From the IMG/VR virus record IMGVR_UViG_3300048611_000143, positions 1-27,305 of that record: a stretch of 27,305 bases of DNA; one strand, written 5' to 3'. The translations under genes were made by a program, and so were the position numbers. The notes beneath the pieces were generated by a model. That model was not told the origin of the DNA. It made no database searches and worked only from the letters and a program-made list of their open reading frames with translations. Shown here one piece after another: positions 18,701 through 25,424 of the stretch (positions within the stretch are counted from its first letter, which is position 1; each line of letters opens with the position of its first letter). This DNA is from a virus. Lineage: Duplodnaviria > Caudoviricetes.

Positions 18701-20231
18701 TGTCTGCTGATATTTTCCCTGGAATTCGATCTCCCAATCGAGTGAATAATCGGGATTCAAATCCAGCGGCACCAGTGACTGCAGAGGCAAGACCGGCAAG
18801 AATTGTAGTAGCAACAAAAGTTTCAGTGAAAGCTTTAGTAGCGAGCTTTCCTGTAGCTTCTTCATGGGTTAACCCACGACTACGTAAGGCTTGATATTTT
18901 TCAGACTGACTAGCTTCTTCTTCAGTCATCAGTGCTACTGAATTATATACTTCACTGGCATTTGAAAGGCCTTCAGTTAAAGCTACAGTTGTAATACCAG
19001 TATTTCGTTGAGCTTTACGAACCGTTTCACGGAAACTTGCACTGGCTTTATATTTTTCTAAAGCAGCTTCCGTTGATACAAATTTCCCATCAGCACCTCG
19101 ACGAAGATTAATATCTTTCTTTGCTTTAGTAAGAAACTCATTACGAAGTTTCTGAGTCTTATTTAATGCGGTAATGCGTCCAGCAATACCTACACCTACC
19201 ATATAAGGTAAAGACTCAAACGAAGCATCTAGAATTCTACCTGGCTCCTCAATTAGATATTCAATACGATCAGCCGTCTCATCTGCAAAAGCAGCAAGAG
19301 AGCCATGCCACTCTGGAGCATTAGGATTAGCCTTTAAATATTCTCTTTTACGAATATCAAATAATGGACGCAATAAAGCACTTTCTTTCTGATCAAATTT
19401 TTCTCGGGCTTTTTGTCCTTCACTGGCTAGTAATTCTTTAGTACCTTCAGAACCACGATTCAAATATTCAAAGAACTTTGTGAAATTTTCAGAGCCTTCT
19501 CCTGCTGTTGCGGCATTTACAAAAGGCTGTAGGAAGCCTTGGGTAAGGCCAGAGACCATCTTTTGAACACCAACAAGAGTATTTACTCCGGTATCTGCAG
19601 CAGTACGTAAAAGAGATCTATCAGGATGGTAAAATGGATCTTCTTTACCCTCTCGGATATCTTTAAGGGTTTCTCTTACTTGAGCGTAATTATAGTCACT
19701 GAAATATCCTGCATTTCCACTGGTACCAGAGATTGGTTCAATAACTTCATTATTATCAAATCGAGCTAGAACTCGACCATATTTATCTTTCCCAGTTCGT
19801 GTAAAGCCCATCCCTTGATTACGAAGAGCTTCTAGCCTTTTTTGCATGGTTTCAGCTTGAGCTTTACCTGCATTTACTAGATCTTCATTGGAGATGTCTT
19901 TTTCATCCCGACCAAATTGCATAGCATAAGCTTTGCGATGAGCGTTAGCGCGAGAGGGATTTAAATCATACCGAGCAATATCAGTCTCAAAAGCATCAGC
20001 AGTTCTACCGTCACCTGCATCAAAACGAACAAGCTCATCAGTATCTTGATCATAAACAGTATCTCCGTCCAGAACTTTATAACGATCTGGATCGTAATAA
20101 CTGAAATTAGGATCGAGAGCTGTTCGTTTATTTAACTGCTGATCAAGAAGTTTTACCTTTTTCTCGTCTGCACGACGAGATAAGTCTTGATGAATCAAAT
20201 CTTGGAGCATTTGATCAGTAGAAGTACTCAT
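6723..20231 (-). CDS. virion-encapsidated RNA polymerase (N4 gp50-like), extended polyvalent form, 4502 aa
   Basis: Single-subunit RNAP motifs: IRSGRFY (~13250-13270), motif A EADGKNNG (D2483), motif B RALSKTPLIMVGY, motif C HDG (D2887). No Cys seen in the translation; position matches the N4 late block. Confidence 0.95.
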   Translation of the reverse strand: MSTSTDQMLQDLIHQDLSRRADEKKVKLLDQQLNKRTALDPNFSYYDPDRYKVLDGDTVYDQDTDELVRFDAGDGRTADAFETDIARYDLNPSRANAHRKAYAMQFGRDEKDISNEDLVNAGKAQAETMQKRLEALRNQGMGFTRTGKDKYGRVLARFDNNEVIEPISGTSGNAGYFSDYNYAQVRETLKDIREGKEDPFYHPDRSLLRTAADTGVNTLVGVQKMVSGLTQGFLQPFVNAATAGEGSENFTKFFEYLNRGSEGTKELLASEGQKAREKFDQKESALLRPLFDIRKREYLKANPNAPEWHGSLAAFADETADRIEYLIEEPGRILDASFESLPYMVGVGIAGRITALNKTQKLRNEFLTKAKKDINLRRGADGKFVSTEAALEKYKASASFRETVRKAQRNTGITTVALTEGLSNASEVYNSVALMTEEEASQSEKYQALRSRGLTHEEATGKLATKAFTETFVATTILAGLASAVTGAAGFESRLFTRLGDRIPGKISADNLLLHYGQATGRAVGSFTGPGTREMLEESVQSGGGEFISQLAQFNATGLGEVGPGIGAATGEGAVVGFVSGAAAGGAGTVARGIFASGKGVANALKNTSGLDEKKLRSPITDNEGTPGGSVLKARVAVTAARDKGESVEKLLVEALEAVDGTNPDSPILINHIQQFASVVENDPNISNERKKELGQQVDAARDRVGQEATVQAREILKTIPVEKIEKSTKMKQIISMAKKYGSLEQKEIDKALGKFFSAQDVVKDALKEASSAAADSSTAESENSPQQGKTASQVFEEKMGAGMGPNGPGLEGHAIRIQETIEQEDEQGYIEADRDLGNFIASSANKLEAIREMYRRIVNKGEAVSKTVSEVNKQFGTTIRWIPHSKEALEFRGELTGTPGLAKTISNELQKMHAVREALAKQAVAWNEKSKPIKEQQSQVEQEGEQFNQPPIPGVSAEGGKTRNLPETEDAETAARKASEPSKAPKSGGDSEANAGPTQKIVGLLTKVESAVDDVRFAATDLLKKHWSNVLYASKIKQLKEALSKPIVTGKDIDKITKLLNDVRGALNTGINLASSESGNLMQEIEDNIAALALEIEKDIPDSAITEYVLAQNEINKSRNDDTLEELVEYRDGTVSFDGKNVEYFLSRKIIEDVLDDEASSPSDTETNAGKSNKKQNNRDAAIIRLAKSLGIKNSEKLISLMKKVTKAEKNTNERTVDPVTGQKFTALELMDQLESEGKPRMGEEFSDRRGYTYEEIADFNALANLMRETLKNTDITEVDLQFFEGVLNGELDIPAEFLKEDTSAKTTDETESTGAASRPGRSPGRVVEDDGAEAQGTSEASDAGREATESEDSAPVNVWAGSNENASLSNLAKRPFSFRGKEFFSVEHAYQTWKSGEFDQATYNKYTASTRGKIVGSKRARTANNWNIRLMEHLVKKSFEANPSAAKALLATGNAQITHTQDRGIWAKEFPRILMDVRASLEISTDTQSNDSAPEKQKLNPRQTKIKDFLEKRFKQFSSLIEFEGTSDRTTAEGILEYARYKPKEKKVVLYLDALEKASVPLMVWVVAHELYHAGLHHAFAEEKTELLKRAYQNETINKLARAIAARRKETFRPIIHVEEALVELATGLHLKKLGEVAKRYKINIPPIFGKELGKLIEDYLILARKILRSLPGKRSLTDDEVILVLTTMRDSVEALRSSERESEIEETAPLQEENTPEDEADALPFTILPPEGSQSPQEATEESTPDEDTPKKVLEGTALENARRNVYELERLRADGNVFTKPSQINLSSGPLTARVRALMEDGKTAIQAAEILLSQFEEKYENNVFDSPAPEPASAEAKVLVDTAEELSKGNKVKSTIMDGFQPAIDLLSDTAVRLLGPMVGDFTLVAEWTDERLEKVRNAVKEKLKTVGLPSNIRKALRLRAQETKNLLAAVPNAISLLSNVQTRRAFINRTGANAREEQGLNGVIDFVNSFIYALQSDDKGIMLGLLNDIEHKNTPFRRSKLGKKAAAITNRLHEYALQYLYDAETGKLDENLASIMAMEAAQWMTTAGASTLNNSDDVINELIGRPKGSYVSDIDRLVYGNGTLMSNVVSSIGQRILSQANLSFSGKDIDPIFLDELQTSLGTMALATLAEMNYIQIVPVSAQARVALQNENTPVNNDQNFNLVHLTTEGETGLSRYKESSDNERTRQAFNAARRILGKVFSAVPYIHGPVFEPPKAPIMKARGNTRIPATQRKSMEENSKHKWGPIKGAIALLDRFTDTDFETNFMESHDPSGVQVNLRDSVESKNMANSRSLQMLREWIAENGNKSFYFAQKMIRSGRFYNDSNTLDPKADKLHRAMLGIDEWGVTLSAAQNPRGENKIAEENFLIAIGLGLGINTSNRTRQQILDETREILQQEAIRDVIDLLKQDRQYTAEEATQIGSVIVKSSNSNDQDRSLLESGEKVHGLVALKAYADLELAKEDPKKKSITLHLPMEADGKNNGLASILLQIPPKDPVKLKLVKQLLRATGVYFTDDEFTDYPGFAQTEDNMDNYESVVMDTHSTVRSLRNGNIPPLQSPPPLQVAQILTPIQKNKRAIQLIHSAQFIKLTRALSKTPLIMVGYSAGFGSIRRGILDQAIVDFWKEMQTIETAEEAATFMVRFQKVIDGANNKNDRDYTKVRDIWLKRLEKKDVKKWALEWTMEPYLEEDFRNAHDAIYGHALQRALENKIGPILEIRQRLNEAVYLMNELFVTNFKAAVDRQERIYRRDLSARERKVVLNRMIKQGLVPLIRSPLSKDQLDSIEVTSEGTIIIGQRQGQEGRKGRAYFRRPIQLKTKGFVTNKEDKVVSIQPGPDESLIGSLTGYMPDTNIGVAAFVNNIHGSDGAVMSLIMGKHPILGVHDGIFSNFNEIDAIATDGSRNFYETHRDWSLAQEVLNSLNRMRPLLEEGDSRLSAKDKKEIAKEFFFYLQKYGSIDKETPVHEASNILQDWFGKFEQIVEDTNEARKTLFNDIDHVNHFAKEGATYAVPQKNTGAVNPNKAAMINSAETIEEVVAIIVREEEASVWENKKSEMIKQLTQLKETGGNIQAALNEWMAPKGRGHAPGAQDMLDVLFAVFQDDFINDTHLDNFRDLISLLRPMLSQSDPKTGQDRQIYIRLGSSVVMGEDSGRYSPNQGYIFINENAENPVEAILHEIIHAANTRQLEALQAAGSDTFKELLKEARGWVREQRKAKEGSPQSRRIAETIRNIRKDPNLNKEEIEVAEVTEYTAYLNATLNDNKDGSKSFFFNKRLMVFMNALARSLQDKSGNNVFYSSGEDTTVSGLDRAHPELLNGDTILELFDKIKALEKTPVDRTTQIFFDRILEQFIQPGLNSINEIVLRMLENPEGRRNLGKWINDPERSAIFLEATSQNFYNSPVEQSLQEVALHEILHPIFAQAIGYTYKDAEGREHIVSGNPSISKGVAKLIERVQTALTKNYGEGNEWQAFMPTGLSTDPALDEKLARQRYSHIFESGAAAPHEFMAIGLTNPQFRKILSEIDTLDKKASVKSNSVIETLMNLLERAIHYIKTEVLRQDVGKVSGAMEELAGRMVHWNAQLKASIEIGEDQGWVTRKLDSLNDLALRKMAKITHEKLQTWAENNSLAGDALNEAVKDKNKVAQLLIAAQAATASTLDERALRGFREAFESALTGIKKDHWLYQWLEEILPWADRNRSWIDAKRRSERLIDVMRQEKFEHTRSALKSYFDPKIKWTRTMKENITRVLLHTDIVALTEGENALNVGQLLSLLRSPQQIQLMIEALTLELDIETSTKQFNLFNTQSKGLANLMVTGRAGRSQALNTTAMMEQLKLVEDDIKLDETKVKDILDRLTSLRAFQLLSREAVDSTLDLMEAEIKRPVHMNGFNGVLDTASVFKQLSEEYLFKDKPLLMQKGYTADITDPRIEFKASDKSTETMKAQGFTFVKNLKRDDIDSGLPLSLFKRKNSIAQYSKSVVSLTGEHKKGTGMFDSEFITAPEEQSASFTAAQVHNKIRDMNILNKKFIERMYHGLPVPSEGVFTVPLYNEDGDIVDFRYIMDREMKREHLKNNESFDEVLPRMMASIEDKTNTKVINHEAIDLLNDEYIEARKGSDKEDFRFVEIGANVANPKGRELWNLLPKDTKLYARQKFGGDVIYLRDDVVNLVLGFRKIAWSNNKFLSPAAPVVDVAEQIWLDTIRWIRYRIAILTPEVVIFNIISNFILLLSQNIPVNYILRQSKVAIAGMRNYQKDLKAKNELELTVANLKREGKPVVKLEQRLLRLQQALLTNPVRDLVEEGMFTSIVEEFEASEKSIRKDITSKVIDKFGGITGVRGAIRGLEEAFMVQGSESGKAALIATQYGDFVGRFIQYNWQTKVKKVDKRQAIHDALDTFIYYNVPQNRILQFMNDNGLAMFTKFFFRIQRIIFRIFKRNPVQASLVLGLQGVAGSLTGSRAAEENITQYAFLNNLTRKFHMFPHDHIIEGELFIPSIWRWISWIPNTFFGR
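15743..16172. repeat. 13-bp direct repeat CCGGTGCCGAGTC (15743-15755 and 16160-16172) flanking the NADAR-coding segment
   Basis: Exact match read from the sequence; offset 417 nt = 139 codons; both copies encode DSAP. Confidence 0.85.
16162..16286. repeat. GC-rich multi-hairpin inverted-repeat element within the vRNAP gene
   Basis: Outer stem GGTGCCG/CGGCACC; hairpins GAGTC-TTCG-GACTC, GGGC-TTCG-GCCC, GTCG-TCCT-CGAC and CGACCTGGC-GAACG-GCCAGGTCG. Confidence 0.75.
17242..17371. repeat. GC-rich nested inverted-repeat element within the vRNAP gene
   Basis: Stems CCGGCGTTT/AAACGCCGG, GGAATCTCC/GGAGATTCC, GACGGCT/AGCCGTC and GCTCGC-TTT-GCGAGC, plus side hairpin CCGCC-TTC-GGCGG. Confidence 0.8.
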
Positions 20232-20241
20232 TGTGACGTTC

Positions 20242-21675
20242 TCACTTTATTCTAGCGGCTGTATAAGCTGATGGAGCTTGGCGCTCTGTTGCACGAGAAG
20301 CTGCTATGTTCGTAATTACTTCTTCAGCAGTTGTTGCATTATCAGCTTTAGGCCGAGATTTTTGCTTTTGATTCAACAATTCCTGGAAGGTCATATTTGT
20401 AGGATCAGCTGCTTCAGGATCTTTACTTAATTCTTTAAGTTCACCTCGCATTTCTGAACGATATTGAGTAGCTAAACTAGTGGCTTTAGCCCAATCTATA
20501 TCATCTTTATCCCAAGGAATAATACCACGGTCTCGATCAGTAAGAGCTGCATTCATAATTTCAGCAAATTTAGCTTTATTATTTCCTACTAAGCGCAGAA
20601 TATCTATGGCATCATCTTTTTGACCAGAATTAATTTTAATATCTAATTCATTTTCAATAAAAGGCAAGGCTGCACTTTCTGTTAAGGTATTTTCTTTACG
20701 TTCAGCAGCAGTTTTAACTAAATTATATCCACTACCTGAAGGAATTAATGAAGTAAGATTACCATCTTCCAAAGCCTTTTGCGCTGCTTCACGTTCTTTA
20801 CCAGCTTGGGCTCTTGAAGCTGCATTCTCCTGAGAAATAGCTCGGGTATTCTCTTCTTCAACAGTTTGAAGACGATTACCTAGAGTTGTTTCTCTTACAT
20901 CACTTCGGGTAAGGCCAAATTCAGATTGTTTCTTAGCGTACCATTCAGGGGCACGACGAGAAGCTTCCTGATCAACAAAGCGATCATAATTTTGATCCCA
21001 TAATTGGTTAATATAGTCTTGCTGTTCTCCAATAGGCAAAGCACGGAATCGTGGATTTTCTCTCTCTCGTTCGTGCAAACGTCTTTTTGCTGCTTCAGTA
21101 TTTTGTTCTACAAATGCGATAGCTTGTCCGCGGAGATCTTCTGGGCCTTCGCCATAAGTACCTCGCTCAATAGCAAGTATGCCATCTGCTATTTTAGCTT
21201 CTTTTGCATCACGAGCATTAAGTCGATTTAATTCTGCTTGACGGATTCTTAGCTGACTCTCAACATTTTCTGTTTGTGCTTCTGCTTGTCGTCTAACAAA
21301 GTCTTGTTGTTCTGGTTTATTCGCAAATTCAGCAGCATCAGCCTGAGCTCCAGTCAATCGACGGGTTATTTCTGCTGAATCCAAATTTGATTGATTAATC
21401 TGAGACCCTTGAACTGATGCAAGTACTTTGCTTATATCTACTCCTTCAAATTCAGAGAGATGTTGGGCATCTAAGGGTTTACCTGAAGCTAGAATTCCTG
21501 CAATAGCTTGCTCAGTAGCATTGGCTCGTTTAATGGAATCACCTTTTCGGATGGAATCCACCAAGTCCAAAGCACCACGAGAAGCGGAGCCAAATGCTGA
21601 GGAAGCACTTGCTAATGCTGATGCAGGGTTACCTGCTGAAGCACCTGTTACGTTACGCCATGTAATAGCAGCCAT
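20242..21675 (-). CDS. virion structural / ejection protein (N4 gp51 position), 477 aa
   Basis: Begins MAAITWRNV as in N4-like gp51-position proteins; helical Ala/Gln-rich, no Cys seen; immediately upstream of vRNAP. Confidence 0.72.
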   Translation of the reverse strand: MAAITWRNVTGASAGNPASALASASSAFGSASRGALDLVDSIRKGDSIKRANATEQAIAGILASGKPLDAQHLSEFEGVDISKVLASVQGSQINQSNLDSAEITRRLTGAQADAAEFANKPEQQDFVRRQAEAQTENVESQLRIRQAELNRLNARDAKEAKIADGILAIERGTYGEGPEDLRGQAIAFVEQNTEAAKRRLHERERENPRFRALPIGEQQDYINQLWDQNYDRFVDQEASRRAPEWYAKKQSEFGLTRSDVRETTLGNRLQTVEEENTRAISQENAASRAQAGKEREAAQKALEDGNLTSLIPSGSGYNLVKTAAERKENTLTESAALPFIENELDIKINSGQKDDAIDILRLVGNNKAKFAEIMNAALTDRDRGIIPWDKDDIDWAKATSLATQYRSEMRGELKELSKDPEAADPTNMTFQELLNQKQKSRPKADNATTAEEVITNIAASRATERQAPSAYTAARIK

Positions 21676-21683
21676 ATCAGTCC

Positions 21684-22136
21684 TTATCCACTGATCTTAC
21701 GATCTTTAAGCCAGGAATCCATACCTTGATAGTTCTCACCACGTACATTAGCAGAAGCATTCCGAGCAGCCCACTGATCCTTCAATTGATTGTTATATGA
21801 GGTAGCCTGTGCTTCAAAGTTTTTATTAAAAGCACCCTTTGTAAAATCAAGTTGATCTTTAGCAAGACCTAGAGACTTAAAGCCCATATAAATATTGGCA
21901 AGGTTAGCAAAGTTACTTACTCCAGTTTGAAAGCCTTCAGAACCTAAAGTACCCCAAAGACCTCCACCTTGTTGCTGTTGCTGTGCTCCACCTACGTTAG
22001 GCATATTAGGCATTCCAAATTGTCCTGGAGCAACCGTTGGAGAATTTATTGGATATGGAGTACGTTGGGAAGTAGTGTTAGGTGACTGCCACCAATTCCC
22101 CATATTAAAATAACTACCTGGATTGTTCTCGGGCAT
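21684..22136 (-). CDS. small virion protein (N4 gp52-like), 150 aa
   Basis: Gly/Gln-rich N-terminus then YMGFKSLGLAKDQLDFTKGAFNKNFEAQ...YN; size and synteny match gp52. Confidence 0.78.
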   Translation of the reverse strand: MPENNPGSYFNMGNWWQSPNTTSQRTPYPINSPTVAPGQFGMPNMPNVGGAQQQQQGGGLWGTLGSEGFQTGVSNFANLANIYMGFKSLGLAKDQLDFTKGAFNKNFEAQATSYNNQLKDQWAARNASANVRGENYQGMDSWLKDRKISG

Positions 22137-24652
22137 TATACTGCTCCTCGCTGGTCTGCGAAATCTTGCATCATTGCGTCAATTACCGTTCCTTCCTGGA
22201 GATCCTTAGGAAGCATTAAAGCAATTTCAGGGAATTTCCCTATTGCTTCATACCCTAGGATACCAGGATTTAATGTAAGCGTTCTTGACAAGTATGAGTT
22301 GGCTAACTCAGCTGAACCAATCCGCTTGAACATATTAACTAAATCCATCGGATCAATCCAGTCCGGTGTTGGTCCGAATGAATCCCATGCATCTTTTAAT
22401 TGCTGCTGTCTTTCTCTAGCATCAGCTAAAAAGTCTCTAAGTTCGTCTTCATAACCAGATAATACATGGGCTCTATATACTTGAAAGCCCATATCGTATA
22501 TAGGATATGCAGCTTGCATAAATTGAAAAGCAGTTGCCCATCCTGGATTTCTAACTGCTTCGCTCCAAGTTTTTGATATATTATCAAATCCTCCATTAGC
22601 ACGAAACATTGCTATTGCAGCAATAACAGCAAAAAGTTGGCCCGCGGTAGATCCAAATTCTTGTCCAATTGTTGCTGAAGCCATAGCAATAATAGATCCT
22701 ATGGCAAATAAAAGCAGATTATAGATGACTACTGCTGCAAAGGCAGATGTAGTGAATGCTGCTGCAATAGCTCCAGCATATGCCTCTAATACTGCATAAA
22801 AAGGTGGATAAAAGATAGCTAAAGCAACTAATACAATAGCAACAATTACTATGAGCCATTTGAAGAATGATCGTTGATACCACTTTACTTTAATACGTTC
22901 TACCAGAAATACTGTTCCTGTGAAGCCATCCGCAATTGCTTCTTCTCGATGAATGACCGGTACATCCAGGATTGATCCATAAAGAATAGGAATCCGAAAC
23001 TCTTTGGTTTCTTCTTCATCACCAAATAGTAAAGGCACAGCGTAACGAAAACGAAGGTCTCCTTCCTCAGAGGTATTAATTCGATACTGCATGGATAGAC
23101 CCATTACAATCATTTGGTCATAACGACCTACTTCTGGGTCATCACCGGGCTCTAGTTCATCATCTTTCCTCTGGCGCCAGAGCACAACCATATCGTGGTA
23201 TCCACCTAGTTCAGGATCTTCGCTGTAGATTCCTATGTCAGTACCTGTTCCGAATGCTCTCTCAACGACCTCAGTGTACTCAGGATTCGTTCCAATGCCT
23301 TGTTCGAGTTGGTAGAGCTCTTTAGCAACTTCTCCTCTCCTGAGGGCTCTCAGGGCGCCTGGGCCGTATTTAGCTTCATCAGTGTTGGTTACTTCCCATT
23401 CTCCAACATGAGAAGTGGTGTGAATATACGACCAACGGTAATCTACGTTATAGCCAGAGATGCCAGCCTCAGTGATATTTATTTCATTGATAGGTTGGGC
23501 AGAAGTGTATGAATTACCAGATAAGGTAGCTAGGTAATCATAATAATCCTGGGTATCGAAAGATTCCCAATTATCCAGTTCTTTAAAGAAGAACCAAAGA
23601 TATTCCATACTACCTCTAACTCGAGTATCAATGGGTACAGCAAAGTGCATGAAGAAGTCCCATTTATCTCCGGATTCTTCTGGATTTTCCTCTTCAGCTT
23701 CTTCAAAATCTTCGCGGACTGTATCACCACTGGTGCCCATCTTTTTGAGTAGCTTGTTTGTAGTGATAGCTAGCTCACTGTCTGGATCTTCATTGAACCA
23801 AACCTTATCGTGCATGAGTACGGCTACTGGCAGGAATTCAGCTTTTAAGCTCTCTCGTTGGATGTGGGATTCAAGAATAGGATCAAGTCCTGAACCAACT
23901 TCATAGACCCAATGATATTGAACCTCATTTAAGGCATATCGAATTTGGATCCAATCACCAGAAAGATATGGTTGAATACTTACTGGTGTAGTCCAGATTT
24001 GATCGTCACCATTGTTGTCTGTATAAGGGAATGAAACAGAATAATTACCTAAATATTCAGGAATCGGTGGTTGATAGCCGTCTTCAAAATCATCACCCCA
24101 GTCCCAATCAGGTTCTATGCGGAGAATACTGATGTCATTCTCCGCTTTATAATATTCACCTGTATCAGGGTTTACTACAGGGATATCAAATTCTGAAAGG
24201 CCTGGGTGCCATAATGATTCTTCAGGAGTTCCTTCGCTGAAATCAAAGTCATTTGGATACATATCCTGAAAGACCTTTTCTACCATAAAGATCTCGTCAT
24301 ATGTGCCAACTTTCAGGTACAGAATAGATTCCCAGTCTCCAATATCTCTTGTTAGAGCGGCTTCTATTTGCTGGGAAGAGACTTTGACTAAGTTGAGATT
24401 AGCTTCAGGGAAGCCTCGAACATACCCACCATTGCGGGCAGGATCCATAAAGCGTCCAGCATAACGCATCATTGCCTTGGCTCGGGCGAATTGATCAGTA
24501 GCGATAGCAAAACGAATAGCTCCAGACATTGTGCCTTCGTTTCCGATAGCTGTCTGGAGAATATTGGACTCTACGGTATCTGGTTGCTCTTCAAAGAGCG
24601 ACTGGCTTCCTGCATAAGCGTTGTAATAGACCTTAGAACTAAAGAGGCCCAT
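22136..24652 (-). CDS. N4 gp53-like protein with C-terminal hydrophobic segments, 838 aa
   Basis: MGLFSSK start, KVKWYQRSFFK followed by hydrophobic helices, C-terminal YLSRTL; synteny. Confidence 0.78.
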   Translation of the reverse strand: MGLFSSKVYYNAYAGSQSLFEEQPDTVESNILQTAIGNEGTMSGAIRFAIATDQFARAKAMMRYAGRFMDPARNGGYVRGFPEANLNLVKVSSQQIEAALTRDIGDWESILYLKVGTYDEIFMVEKVFQDMYPNDFDFSEGTPEESLWHPGLSEFDIPVVNPDTGEYYKAENDISILRIEPDWDWGDDFEDGYQPPIPEYLGNYSVSFPYTDNNGDDQIWTTPVSIQPYLSGDWIQIRYALNEVQYHWVYEVGSGLDPILESHIQRESLKAEFLPVAVLMHDKVWFNEDPDSELAITTNKLLKKMGTSGDTVREDFEEAEEENPEESGDKWDFFMHFAVPIDTRVRGSMEYLWFFFKELDNWESFDTQDYYDYLATLSGNSYTSAQPINEINITEAGISGYNVDYRWSYIHTTSHVGEWEVTNTDEAKYGPGALRALRRGEVAKELYQLEQGIGTNPEYTEVVERAFGTGTDIGIYSEDPELGGYHDMVVLWRQRKDDELEPGDDPEVGRYDQMIVMGLSMQYRINTSEEGDLRFRYAVPLLFGDEEETKEFRIPILYGSILDVPVIHREEAIADGFTGTVFLVERIKVKWYQRSFFKWLIVIVAIVLVALAIFYPPFYAVLEAYAGAIAAAFTTSAFAAVVIYNLLLFAIGSIIAMASATIGQEFGSTAGQLFAVIAAIAMFRANGGFDNISKTWSEAVRNPGWATAFQFMQAAYPIYDMGFQVYRAHVLSGYEDELRDFLADARERQQQLKDAWDSFGPTPDWIDPMDLVNMFKRIGSAELANSYLSRTLTLNPGILGYEAIGKFPEIALMLPKDLQEGTVIDAMMQDFADQRGAV

Positions 24653-24655
24653 TCA

Positions 24656-25414
24656 TCATACACCACTGATTGCACTAGCTGTGGATGCTGCTGAACTAAG
24701 CAGTCCACTAGCTGGAGCTTTCAGGAGTACGTCTTCAGGAACTTCCTGTACAGACTGGAATACTGCATCGTAATCAGCATGCACTTTGGCTGCTTTCACT
24801 TGAATGTCTCCAGCAAAGCCAAGCTTCTGAGCTGCCAGCAAGGACATCTGTCGACCAATGAGAGAGTCTGCTGCGGCAATTCCTGCCTGAGTATTTGCTT
24901 GTTCAGTCAGGATTTTGGCAGTAAGGAATTCAATTTCCTTATCAATCTTGTCCTCTTGCTTACCAGTCAAGGATACTTGAGCAAGGATAAGTAAGCCTTC
25001 CTGCTGAACCTTAATTACCTCAAGTTCAAGCTTTTGCTTCTCAAGAGGTAAAAGCTCTTCAATCCGAAAACGTAATTCAGCTTTTTGAAGATCAATAAGA
25101 GCAAGCTCACCATCAATCTTTTCTTCCTGCTTATGTAGCAAGGAAGTTTCAGCAACGGTTTTATCTTTCTGCTCATCAATGAGCATGATGCCCAGTAGGT
25201 ACTGGGTAGAGAATTGCATGACTGACTGCAGGCTTCCAAGATAAACAGAAGCAAAATCTGAACCAGAGATTCTTGACCGATCATATTGAAGCTCTAGGTG
25301 GTGATTCACCGTAGCCATCAATTGATCTACCAAACCTTCATTAAGAGCCAGGTTGGTAAACTGTGGGTAAGTAGGTCTCTCTATTGACTCTGGATACCTG
25401 CTTTTGTCAGCCAT
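24656..25414 (-). CDS. virion structural protein (N4 gp54-like), 252 aa
   Basis: GLVDQLMATVNHHLELQYDRSRISGSDFASVYLG N-terminus, coiled-coil middle, LIGRQMSLLAAQ; synteny. Confidence 0.8.
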   Translation of the reverse strand: MADKSRYPESIERPTYPQFTNLALNEGLVDQLMATVNHHLELQYDRSRISGSDFASVYLGSLQSVMQFSTQYLLGIMLIDEQKDKTVAETSLLHKQEEKIDGELALIDLQKAELRFRIEELLPLEKQKLELEVIKVQQEGLLILAQVSLTGKQEDKIDKEIEFLTAKILTEQANTQAGIAAADSLIGRQMSLLAAQKLGFAGDIQVKAAKVHADYDAVFQSVQEVPEDVLLKAPASGLLSSAASTASAISGV

Positions 25415-25424
25415 GCATTACTCC

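Noticed and set aside
7207-18894. Numerous 60-180-aa plus-strand and alternative-frame ORFs inside the vRNAP gene
   Set aside because: Shadow ORFs of a long coding sequence: Ser/Phe/Leu-rich, with no motifs or convincing RBS
6723-20231. Intein or intron as the cause of the extra vRNAP length
   Set aside because: No Cys-initiated intein N-terminus, HN-C/S/T junction or LAGLIDADG motif noticed, and the frame is uninterrupted
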